From Sphaeroforma arctica JP610 (lineage: Eukaryota): a stretch of 32,226 bases of DNA. Position numbers and translations under genes: made by a program. Location: NCBI RefSeq assembly GCF_001186125.1, contig NW_014040190.1, positions 49,561 through 81,786 on the forward strand, written 5' to 3'. This document shows positions 20,801 to 32,226 of this stretch, in pieces. Positions within the stretch are counted from its first letter, which is position 1. Every line of letters starts with the position of its first letter. The notes under the pieces are model-generated. The model searched no databases. It was given only the letters and a program-made list of their open reading frames with translations, and was not told where the DNA came from.

Positions 20801-23800
20801 CAGCTGGAGGCACAAATTGCTGAAGCACAGGCATCTGTTGAAGCTGGGGTGGAGGCTAGAGGCAATCTGTTGGCAAAGATTGCTGCCATGGAAGCCGATT
20901 TTGGCGTGTATACCTCAGAACTTGATAACGCGAAGGCAGATAAAGAACGGCTACAATCAGAGGTAGAAAAAGTACAAAAAGAATTGAATCATGCAGAAGC
21001 TGAGAAGATCGACCTGCGATCGAGACTGACGCACCTTCGAACCGATCTGGAAGGTAAACTCGCTGCTTTGAGCACTGCAAATGCGGAGGCCAAAAGTCTC
21101 CACGACAAACAAGTAGCAGATAGTGTGGCTATTGCTGATGCTCGGCGTGTAGAGTGTGATAATCTACGAACAGAACTTTTGGAAGCACAAAATGTCGCCA
21201 TCAAAGCCACACACTCAGAAGTTGGTTCTCAGCAATCACAGTTGGCAGAGATGCAACCGGCCCATATGCAGCAGGAATCGCTGCTTAGAGATCCAGTAAC
21301 CAAATCATGTGTTGCCTGTAGTGCATCGGATGAACAGTGCCATATGTTGCGTGCTGAGTTAGACTCCATGTGGAATCGAGCTACACACCTAGAAAATGAT
21401 GTACTTTCCATGCAAAATATGACCGCCGAAATGAAAAATATCTACAATGAAGCCAAACAAAGGATAGCGGAACTGGAAAGTGAACAGAAAGAATTTTCGA
21501 ACGCACTACGCAACTCTGAGGCGAATCGTGACAGTTTGCATTTTGAGCTGGCGGAGGTACAGGCAGAACATCAGCACAGCATCGAAGCCTTGGCTAAAGC
21601 TAGAATGGAATATGAGAATCTGAATGAGACGAGAAATTCGCTGCAGACTGAATTCCTGAGTCTTCGTACCGACTACGAAAAATCAATGGCAAGTTCAACC
21701 TCTAGCAAGGAACATGCAGATGCCCAAAGAGTTGCATTATCGACAGTTGTCGAGGAGTATGAGAACAAGCTGGGTGCTATGAGGAACGAACAAATTGCTC
21801 TGGAGAATTTACATCAAAGTACCATGTATGTATATACATTAGATTTTATTTCTAGAAGCAGCGTATGTGAAGTATTTGGTGCTTCCTCGTGATCGCATTA
21901 TACCATACTCAGAACGCGTTCGGTATCTTGCCATTTTAGGGCTAAACTGCAATCGGAGATTGATGCTAAAACAGCAGAAGTAGCAGTACACCAGGAAAGA
22001 TTGACTAATCTTGAAAACGAGACGCAAACGAGCCATACAACGACTAAAAATAATGAGGAGGTATGATTAATTCCCAGTCTATAGAATCTGCACTGGCAGG
22101 CTCACTGCATACATTTGCACCATGTGTACTTGATCAACTCCATTTGCGAGGACATGCATGTTTCTTTTAAGCTTGCCTTTAGAATATTTGGGGAGATCGC
22201 TTCTCTGCCGTGCACTTGCTCATCACTCTAATCAATTGTCAAATCCTCACGTGCATCGTTGTATACTTCAACTGCATTTCCTGAAAGATTAAAGTACCCT
22301 ATCTATTATGCTCTGCAGCAGCTGCAGGCGACGATTCAGTCGTACGCCACGCAAGTTGCTGACTTACAGAATATCACGGACAATCTCTCCGCGACGATCG
22401 CTGACCAGCAGTCCCGTCTGGAGCAAAGCCAGCTCGAAATGGAGAGGTTACAGGGTCTTTTGGTGCAGAAAGAACAAGAGTGTTTCGATGCTGAACAATT
22501 AAAGCACACGGAGGTCGCAGCTCTCACAGACTTGCTGTCTCAGAAAGATGGAATAATACGGACACAGGAACAGCACGAGCGAGGTATCTTCAATTTTTAT
22601 TTCTTTGCTACAATTTTTATTTGTAACGTGAAGAAGTCAGCTATACGCCAGGTTTATATTCTCGTTGCATCTGTGCTACATTTCAAAAAGCTTACTGTTG
22701 GCATGCATTATCGTGCTAAACTTATGATATACCTTGAACTGTAAAGGCGGCCGTGCAGCAGCAACTCCAATAGTGCACATTCGGCTATGTTTTTGTGAGA
22801 CCTTATTGATATTTTTTTACTCAGAAAGATCAAATGCCGAGGAAGGCACCCAAGCCAGCATGTACAATGATGAGATTGTTAGTTTACAAACAATTATACA
22901 ATCAAAGGATGATGCTTTGGTGGAAATATCGGAAATACTAAATTCGGTGCTCAGCAAGGATGTCGATGTTAGCAATACAGACCAGATCAAAATGGAATTA
23001 GCGGCGTTCATTCAAAATCTGGAAACATCAAATTATCAAGCTGAAATGAGACTGGGAGAAATGGAGCAAAACATGCAAAACAGAATTGATGGTATAACAC
23101 AGGCGAAGAACACAATAGCCGAGCTGGAGCAGAAGCAATCTACTTTACAGGCGGAAAAATTGGAGATGCAAGAACATGCCCAAATAGCGAGAAGGAGAAT
23201 CGACGAGTATGAAGAATTGACTTCATCACTGAAACAGCAAGTGATAGGTATGAGCACCAATATTGCCGCAGATGAGGCTGCACGCGACTACGTTGTCGAT
23301 CTGGAAGCGAAACTGAAAAAGAAGGATGTGCAGGTACTTAGACTGCAGGAGCATCTCATGGAAAGGGAGGATGCTCACACGAGCGATGCATTAGAAAGGG
23401 AAAAGGTAACCAGATGTTGTAGCATGTATGCTGTGCGTTGTGTATACACCAGCTCACTCGTCGCAGATTGATGAATCTTTCGAGGCGGTTGCACTATTTA
23501 GCTTCATAAATGATGCGATAAGTGTCTGTAAGCTTCAACTCCTTCAACATCCTATAGACGTATTTACGTTCAGCATCTTCAATTCTTAGGTCATTGAAGA
23601 TCTCCAACAAAAATTGAACAACATCCAAGAGAGAGTCGCTGTTCAAAGTGAAGAATCATCATCATCAACTCAGCATTTGGAGGCACAAGTACGTATAGTG
23701 TTCTATCGTTTTTCATTCTGATGTTCATTGCACCCTAGCTACTTGTCTAAGTCTGCATTCATCTCGAATATCTTGGTCAGATGCCCAATTTTTGTAACAG

Positions 23801-25627
23801 TGGCAACAGAATAAGAATCTCACTTGACAGTTCGTGAGCTGATATTTATTTGGAATTCGACGAATTCGTTTTAAATGATGATCGCAGGTGTTGGAACTCG
23901 CTGCTCAACTGGAAGTGGCTGTCAGCGAGAACAATGCTCTGAAGGAACAGTTGCGTTCTATTGAAGCAAGGTGAGGTGGCATATATTCTTCGAATTGTAT
24001 TCTAGTGTCATACACGTATTCACTAGCGTATCGCATACCTGTCTACTGAATGGTATATTGGCTCCATAGTGGTGAATACTTGCTTATACCTCGCCATTTG
24101 AAGACTCAACTGTGGTGTATCTATCTACTATTGAATTGATTCTTTTCATGAACCAGCCACAAACAGCTTGAAGGTTCCCTCAAGAATTTGCGATTGGTAA
24201 TTGCATCCAATGAAACGGAAAAGGAAGAAGAGCTATCTTTAGCTACAGGGGGCCTAAAAAAGTCTATTCGAACTTTGGAACTCGAACTTCGACAATGCAA
24301 AGAAGAAATTGCCATGAAAGAAGACGAAGTAGCTAAGGTAAATTGGTGGCAGCGTGCGATGTTAGTGCTAATACAAAGTCACAAAGTCTGCTTTTTTTTC
24401 TTCTTTTTTCTTCTTCTTTTTTCTTCTTTTTGTAACCCGAACTTCTGTAACCATAGCATACAATGAGCGATCTCCAAATCGCTTCTAGCCTTTTATTCGT
24501 GTCACACTAATTTTGAACGTATTATTGTCATTTTTCTCACTGTTTTATAATCGCTGACCACAGGGGCAAGCCGCCCTGGAGCAACTTCAGATTGCACACC
24601 ATCAGCATCAAGCGCGTGCCAGTGTCTCGCACACAGAGAGCCTATCCGGAAACACTGAACAATCTCTCGAAGATGAGAACATGAGTCTGCGGCTGAATCT
24701 GGTGCAGTTGCAAGACCAGCTGGCATCTTATCAGGCAGAGCTGGCAAAAGGTATTGACGGGTTATACCCGAAAACTGGTGTTGAGCTTCAGTAAATGGAT
24801 GTGTATCCCTGCCCTTATTCCTAATCGAAATTGTTTTTTAAAAACTGATGTAATTACAGGCTTGATGTCAGCCGAGAGCGACGTAATCGATAAAGGTCTC
24901 ATGCGGAACTTCATAGTTCAGTACGTCTCATCTGGGAAAAGCAAAGACACTATGCAAGTGATGGCGAATCTATTGGATTTCGACGCGAAGCAGAAAGAGC
25001 TGGTGAGTATTTGTTTATTCTTTTTGCTATCATGTACAACGATATCTGCAATCTACCTTAACTCATCCACGGTCTATTCCTATCCCAGACCGGTCTTGGT
25101 CCACCTACTTCACTGGCCGGTAGAGGACTGAGTTACTTCGGGAGCTTCGTTAATCCTGGACTAATCTCTGCTCCTGAGCCGCGGAGGCCTTCAGAGGTCC
25201 CTATACAGGTATGTCAACGAAAAGTGCAATCTATAGCTCAATTAAATTCAACAAATTTCAACCGATATTCATTTTATCTGACAGAGTAGTGATGATAACA
25301 TTTCAATTTATAAAAATTACTTATTGCTTCTTATAATATCTATTGCAGTCGTTCGCTGAATCCTTCGTTGATTATCTGCTCGAGCAAAGTGCGCAAGTCG
25401 AGCGACAAGCGACAGCACCCCCCACAAGGATAAAAACAGCCAACGGACCAAATCACAGCTTAGAATCCCGCCCACGGGGACAACCTCAGGGGCCAACAAC
25501 TCAACAGCAACAAGGCATGGGCAATTCGGAGAAGCTCACTCACCTGCCTTCAATCCCAACGGCGCGGCAAGATGGTCCGGCTAGTCTTGAGCGAGTTATG
25601 AGCAAACCTACGGACACTAAATCATAA
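17866..25627 (+). CDS. TRIP11: GRAB-domain cis-golgin, GMAP-210/TRIP11 (Rud3) family, ~15 exons
   Basis: N-terminal MSWF...LTGQLSEFTNNLL (ALPS-like), long coiled coil, GRAB domain IDKGLMRNFIVQYV...MQVMANLLDFDAKQKEL, and GA1 motif SFAESFVDYLLEQS. Exons are approximately 17866-18161, 19307-19571, 19732-19803, 19901-20023, 20204-21825, 21940-22060, ~22319-22583, 22825-23405, 23590-23688, 23888-23970, 24157-24337, 24564-24750, 24860-25002, 25089-25208 and 25349-25627. An exon near or inside the gap cannot be excluded. Confidence 0.85.
18296..18431. other. Assembly gap flanked by (TA)n/(TG)n microsatellite in golgin intron
   Basis: Run of N, followed by TA/TG-rich simple sequence to ~18585. Confidence 1.
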
Positions 25628-26437
25628 AGTGATGATGCTATATTCGTGCTTCAATCGAACACATTCTCTCCGCCCTCATCCGTGGCTAACAAGATAGCGG
25701 TGAACATCAGCATTGCCTTAAAGCGCCGCTCGATGCCACATGATGTATTTGCACAGTTTTGACTACTTATGAGTGGTTCATAACCTTGACCTACCCTGAA
25801 GTCAGGGTTTGGTACGATGGATTTTATTTGGGGTACATGTGGTTTTATACTGTGTGCTCGCTATAGAAGTGTACGTAAGTAGACCTATTTCGTTTATATG
25901 CCATTATTGTATAATTATATCGTGGATGTAGCCATTGAACTTCCGCGGTCGTCTTCTAACCTGGAATTCAGGAAAATTTAAGTGGATCTTTTTGCTTCAC
26001 GACTTATGGCGGCCTGAGGTCTTTGTCTTTGCTTTTAGATGCGAGCAAGATTTTGACAGTTTTTTTTGCCAGGGACCCATTGAAATAGTGAAACATCGAC
26101 TGTAGGCTACCAATTGTTGTGGTATTTTCGATTCAGGTCCTTGAGTAAGATATATTTTGAATGCTGGGATATCAATTGGATAATTTGTGTATTTTTTGAC
26201 GGCGTCATAACAAAGATAGTGCGAGATCGACTGGCGAACATCATATGCTGATAGTATTAGGGATCGCTAAATCCGGTTGCGAGTGCACCATGAATAGAAC
26301 ACCATATAGCTTAAATCTCACACGCAGTTTGTTCTTATTTATTTTCGCGCTAAAAAAAACTAAGAAATATGAATTATCTCTCTTATAAGTGCTATACAAT
26401 ATGTAGTACGTCATTGTTCTGCTGACATAAACCCGTG

Positions 26438-26662
26438 AAAAACACAGTCCCCACTACACTGATGGACCACAGAAGCTAGCGGACGAAGAGACTGGTTCGG
26501 CATATGCCAACTAAAAACACAGTCCCCACTACACTGATGGACCACAGAAGCTAGCGGACGAAGAGACTGGTTCGGCATATGCCAACTAAAAACACAGTCC
26601 CCACTACACTGATGGACCACAGAAGCTAGCGGACGAAGAGACTGGTTCGGCATATGCCAACT
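26438..26662. repeat. Perfect tandem repeat, 3 x 75 bp
   Basis: The unit AAAAACACAGTCCCCACTACACTGATGGACCACAGAAGCTAGCGGACGAAGAGACTGGTTCGGCATATGCCAACT occurs at 26438, 26513 and 26588. Confidence 0.98.
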
Positions 26663-27243
26663 GTGTAGAGCCATCAGTCGGATCTGAAGGTATTCAGAAA
26701 TGCATGTGATCAAATGAATCCCTTTTTCAAAAGTGCAGAAGGAATTCATGTGATTGAATGAATACCTTGGTCGAAATTGTACGAAAAACTGCATATGAAA
26801 TCAAATGAATCTTTTCTTCAGAAGTGCACGAAGAATTGCGTATGCAATTAGATGAATACCTTCGTCGAAAGTATATTTCGTTCACAGAAGTCTGGCAACA
26901 TTTCAGTACTATACTAATAAATTCGTGTGTTTTCTATTTTCTGCTGCACTTTGACGAAGACAATTATTCAACAGACGTTTACGCAGACGTACACACAATG
27001 ATGGTTGCTGCATCTCCGAATTGTAAGTGTTCGTTAATGTCTGTATACGAGTCACGCGACACAGATACATACAAAGGGATAGCGAATATCATTCAGGTGT
27101 AGTATATTTATTTTATTCACTGTAATCATTTAGCGTAATCTAGCAACTTTCTTTTGTTGTATTCTAGAAAACGTTCATATGTCCTTACGTAGTCTGCAGC
27201 TCAAGCCTGACCAATCCATTTGATTCATACGATTCATACAAAA

Positions 27244-30200
27244 CTACTTCAAACCGCCCTCTGAGGCTACACCTTCGTATATCCGCCTTGTTTTCTCGTT
27301 TTTCCCCTAAAATGGACAAGATTTAATTGAATGATTAGCTAGGGAAAAAACAATTGGTTGTGAGCTTCACTCAATTTATGTGTTGTACTGATCTTTGCAA
27401 GCAACTTCTACCTGTTCCTTATGATGAAGAGAAAATTGGGAACAACTCTATACCTTATTGTTGTGTTTTCTCCAAGGCTTGCCAATCGGACGGCCCAGCT
27501 CATCCCGCTCGATCTCCTTCTGCTTGATGACAGCGTCAGTTCTATACTTGGTCATATTCGATGCATGGGCTGACTTTCCCGAGGTTTTAGACTGCACAGC
27601 GTCTAGAATTTTACCACCCTCTGTCTTGTCGGCATAGTGGTAATCTTGGTTTCTCTGTTAAACAATCACGAGCACATATAAAATTAAGTGTTAAATCGAG
27701 ATAGCGCATAATAGATATCAAGCCTAGCCCATTGACTAATCAGCCCTCGTTGCACACTTACCGCCCTAGGACTGTGTCGACACATTCTTGCAACTGAGTG
27801 AAATAATCACAAGGTGCAATGTTATAGCCCACAGGATATAGTAGTTGGCTACATGGCAACACGCACAGTGACATCAAACGTTGTATATTTATGCGCGAAT
27901 ATATATAAATTAACAACTAATATTGAGCTCCTCTCCCGTATATTGTCTACATTGGCCGTGAGACAAAGGCACTTACCGTGATACCGGACGTCGAATATAG
28001 TGCAGATGTGTCTGCTTCTGAATAATCGGTGTCATCGGGTCCACTTCCCATATTCGGTCCCAAGTGCGTATTGAATGTTTGTTCATCTACAGTGGGGGGC
28101 GGGTGGCAATACAACAACTTTCCCTGTTAAAACAAGAATGGCATTGATTAGCGGATCCGTTGTAGTGTATTTTTTCATACATGCAATTTGCTTGTAGAGA
28201 GACATTCACCATTATTATCAGCTTGAACAATTCCCAGATCTCGTCGTGAATAATAGTCGCATTTAAGTCTGATGTAGATCACCATCTCGTCCATATAAGG
28301 CCAAAATCACAACGTTGCGCACTCACCTTGACATAATCTTTAAGTAAAATTCTCGCAGATCGCTGAATATCGGGTAAACCATGAGCGGTCATGTATCCTC
28401 TGTGTCGTCCATAAGAATGTAGTACTTCATGCGAAGTAGGTAAGCGGTCACAGTTGGGGTCGTCGGCTGATGGTCTGTGTTAAGTTTGTGAATGGTGTGG
28501 GTGAACGGCTTAACAAATTGGTTTTAGTAAGAACATGCAAAACTCAGCCGAGAAGCGATTACTGAGACTATACACTACGAGGCTCAATTGGTTCAATGAA
28601 TGTGATTCGCTCACCACCAGGAAACATTGAGAAGCATCAAATGGTAGCGTCCTGGCGTAACTAAGCGAGGTCATTTCGTTGGATAAAATATTGGTAGATG
28701 TTTTCCTAATATTACGGCAAGACATGCAGGCATTTTATTGCACAAAAAGGTACTTTTCCTTCTATTTCAATATTTTTGTATCAGCATATTGCGTGATTTA
28801 TACGATCGACCACATGCATGGAAATAGTATTATTGCAGTATTTTCACCAAGCTTTGTATCTACTTCAATACCAATCGCTCAAGTACTACAATAAAAATGC
28901 TAGTTTATCGCAGCAGACAATCCTGAGTGACTGTTTGTGCATCTGGAAATTAAGATTCTACGCGTCAAATATAACTTCTGGAGGCATCATCAACGTGCAT
29001 ACGCGCAAACACTAGATGGTATCCAGTGCATTCATGTTCAAGTGCAAAAGCACCCGCTTGATACTATAGATATGAGCAGAGGGCGGTTTAACCAATATTT
29101 AGATTTACAAGCGTGAAAAAATAAGTGGTGCAGTGTACACCTATAACTGAAAATTATATTACAAAATCGCTTACTTGATTATTTGTAGGCCGTAGATCTC
29201 CTCCAAATCCTCTCGGCGTATTCTTTTCGCTAGCAGAGTCATTGGTGGAATGGGGTCTCTCAAATGATCAATTGGGAGAACACCATTACACGTCAATTCA
29301 GCTTGTGTAGCCACAAAAGACGGGAATACCAACCCAGGACAATCACACAGCTGCAGATCGTCTTGGAGGATAAGAGTCTGAAAATGCTTGGTTTTACCGG
29401 GTGTTGCACTCACAGATACTTTTTTAGCACCGCATAAGGCATTGATAGTCGATGATTTACCTACATTAGGATATCCAACAAGACCTACGGTTGGCAGGCG
29501 GTGCTCCCCATGTCTGTGCGAAAGTGTAAACGTGACAGAAATATTAGAAGCAGCCAACCAAATGTCCCAACATACATGCTGAATTCGCACAACTGAATCT
29601 TTCAAAGTACAATAATCATACCGATCAACAGGAGTGTTATACATATCCGGGCAGCCTGCCTTGAACAGCTCAATTAGGGCTTCCGCATCCAACACTTGCA
29701 ATGGATCGTCAATGATATTTCCTCTCGGAGCTTTCGCCTCTGTCTCTGTGTCACTGTCTGGATCTGCATCGTTCGCCTCGCCCGCAGCAACCTTGATGGC
29801 CGCATCAGTACTCTTATCATCTACAGTGATTCTCTGCATCTGCTCTTCAACAACATCTAACTCCTCGTCCGCGCTCCCGTCGGAATCTAAATGATTGGGT
29901 TGGAGCCTATTTCGCATCTCCTCTGCTTCGGCGATAGCTCTAGCCTCTCTTGCGGCCTCTTCTTGTTTCTCGGTTTCCAGATTCGCCGACCAGAAACAGA
30001 ATGGAATGCCTTGCTCCTGCATGAAGATAAAGATGAATTTGTGAATGATTCAAAAGAGAGCAGGATCGCCGGTTTTCCTGAGTGCTGGCGTCATTTGTAT
30101 ACAAGTGTTCCAATGTGTCGACTAGCTTTTCCAAAATCTAAAGTAGGAATTAAATGTGAGCGCTCGGTGTACTTACAGTTAAGTAGTCTGCCCAATGGAG

Positions 30201-31091
30201 GCGTTGTGCTTCCGTCAACATATCGGCCTTGTTTATCAATAATAAAGAGTTTTTCGTGGGGTCGACCTCCTTGACGTATTTGCCGACATCCTCACAAAAG
30301 AACAGTAGGGGATTACGAGCATCTACAATCTGTACAATAAGATCACTACGTTCTACCACGCGCCAAAGTTGCCTCCAGACTTCCAAATTCTTTTCGAAGG
30401 GGGTTAGGTGTATATGGTCTTTTCCTTGAAGGGTGGCAAGGCCTCTTCTCCATTCGACGAATGACCCTGTGTGACGACAAAGACAATTAATTGTTTAGTG
30501 TACATGCTGTATGGATTGTATTAAAGATGACACGCATACACGTACACTCCGGTCTCCAGTCTGACCTATGACCGATGCTTTTAATGCAAAATACGGATTG
30601 TGAGTTTCATACCTCGCTCACTCTCTTTCAACTCACTAGCGGTCGTGTCTTCATCCCACTGAGGTCTCCTGTGGCGTTAATGTCAGATCGATGTAAGCAG
30701 TTGCACATAGACAAACGAAGCTTCATGATTTACAATACTAGGCGCAAGTCATGCATACCAAGGCCCAAAATGAAACCACGCACACATATTCAACCTCCTT
30801 TTATGGATACAGTCGTGCAGATGGCCATCCCCGTATCAATTTGTACATGTACTTAGAAACATCACACGGATATCGGAGTTCATATTTGATTGGGATCGAA
30901 TTGAGCATCACAAACTTGTGTCTGCTCAGCGACATTACTCTACTAATATGTTTATATCGCATACAATACCCAATAATATACCTGGGAATTCGGAGCGAAT
31001 CTTTATTCTCCTCTTGGACGGCGTGTTGTGAGATTGAATCCGATAATGACAATACAACTGTCTTGGGCTCATTCACCACCTTGACGTTCAG
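27244..31091 (-). CDS. LSG1: Large subunit GTPase 1 (60S biogenesis, circularly permuted GTPase), 5'-partial
   Basis: Exons 30982-31091, 30613-30668, 30177-30466, 29622-30016, 29175-29513, 28327-28474, 27977-28123, 27454-27654 and 27244-27306. Motifs: IPRRPQW, LTPFEKNLEVWRQLWRVVERSD, DARNPL, NKAD, GYPNVGKSSTIN, TPGKTKHFQT, DCPGLVFP, ARILLKDYVKGKLLYCHPPP and KPWRKHNNKGKNEK. The start exon(s) were not found and probably lie beyond 32226. Confidence 0.95.
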
Positions 31092-31659
31092 CTGCGCAGG
31101 ATTGAAAAAAGTAGAAGAGTGAGCAATAGATACTTGAAAATATTGAGTGATATACGAAAACACGGGACAGCAGACGGAATGTGTACAGTCGGGTATGATG
31201 GAATATCTTTAGGTGCAAACAAGTGCTGTCGAAATTGACACACTCACTCTACTTCTGCGTGCACTTAAACTAGCTGTGGAGCAGGAGCGCAGAATAACAC
31301 GACCCCAGTGACCCAACCAGACTTGTGAATTCTATGAAATAATCTTAATACTCATTTCTAACCTAGACCAATATTATAAAAACATTCACTGAGAAGACTC
31401 CATCCAGGCATAACCCTTGCCGACCGATACATTTAGAGCGGGTGACTGTAGTCATTACCGATCCATACAAAATAACCCGCATTTGCCAGGCACTTCAGAA
31501 TTGCTATGCTTCAACATGCAACGAAATGAGCGTTCGTTTACTACAACTTTCATGGTCGCTGATGGTATTATACACGTGTGAATGCGTTTCTCAGGACTGC
31601 ATGTAATTTTTAATGTTTTCAATAGGAGTGGATTCACTGTAAAAGTGCCAGTGCAGAGA

Positions 31660-32226
31660 TCCATGTATGTGTCTAAGTACGTAAGTAAGTAAGTTGTAAG
31701 TTGTAAGTTGTAAGAATGTATGTCAGTTATGTATGTATGTATATATGTATGTATGTATGTATGTATATATATATTAATAAATAAGTATGTATGTATGTGT
31801 GTATGTATGTATGTATGTATGTATGTATGTATGTATGTATGTATGTATGCCTGCATGCCTGTATGCCTGTATGTATGTATATATGTATGTATGTGTGTGC
31901 GTGTGTGTATGTATGTCTGATTTATATATGTATGTATGTATGTCTTGTGTGCATGACTGTATGTATATGTACATGGTATGCATGTATGTACATATATATG
32001 GATGTACGTAAATATACATTATGTTTGTATGGAAGTATGTATATATATATACGTATGTATGCATGTATGTAAGTATGTATGTACGTATGCATATATGTAT
32101 GTATGTATGCAAAGTATATATATATTATATATATATATATATATATATCTATGTATATGTGCGCGTGTGTGTGTGTATACTTGTATGCATATATATATAT
32201 ATATATATATACACAGATATATATAT
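31660..32226. repeat. (TATG)n/(TA)n microsatellite tract, probably intronic in LSG1
   Basis: Extended GTAT, TA and TG simple repeats. Confidence 0.97.

Noticed and set aside
19960..23260. Multiple antisense ORFs opposite the golgin exons
   Set aside because: These are shadow ORFs of coiled-coil coding sequence with no independent evidence.
26438..26662. CRISPR array or 127-aa repeat protein (ORF 26411-26794)
   Set aside because: The units are fully identical with no unique spacers, there are no cas genes, and the context is eukaryotic. The ORF is a by-product of a stop-free 75-bp unit.
27251..29089. 13-bp inverted match CAGAGGGCGGTTT between an LSG1 intron and its last exon
   Set aside because: Matches of this length are expected by chance in a 32-kb window.
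31455..32112. ORFs over the TATG microsatellite and ORFs spanning N gaps
   Set aside because: These are simple-repeat or gap translation artefacts.

Overview
This is a eukaryotic, intron-rich (GT-AG) window with two N gaps. The left ~7.4 kb is a degenerate mobile-element cluster. It holds a frameshifted gag-like ORF, three copies of a structured terminal-repeat-like module (two direct, one inverted), a decayed Helitron-type Rep (HUH) pseudogene lacking its helicase, and a ~260-bp imperfect palindrome upstream of the Rep. The rest holds five host genes, with exons reconstructed by hand: 7-exon purU (-), intronless kynurenine 3-monooxygenase (+, head-to-head with purU), phosducin-like PhLP1 (-), GRAB-domain golgin GMAP-210/TRIP11 (+, head-to-head with PhLP1), and a 5'-partial LSG1 GTPase (-). 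A perfect 3x75-bp tandem repeat lies between the golgin and LSG1. Animal-like golgin and LSG1 termini together with purU suggest a unicellular opisthokont or holozoan; this is an inference, not established. All family assignments come from motif recognition, and no database search was run.
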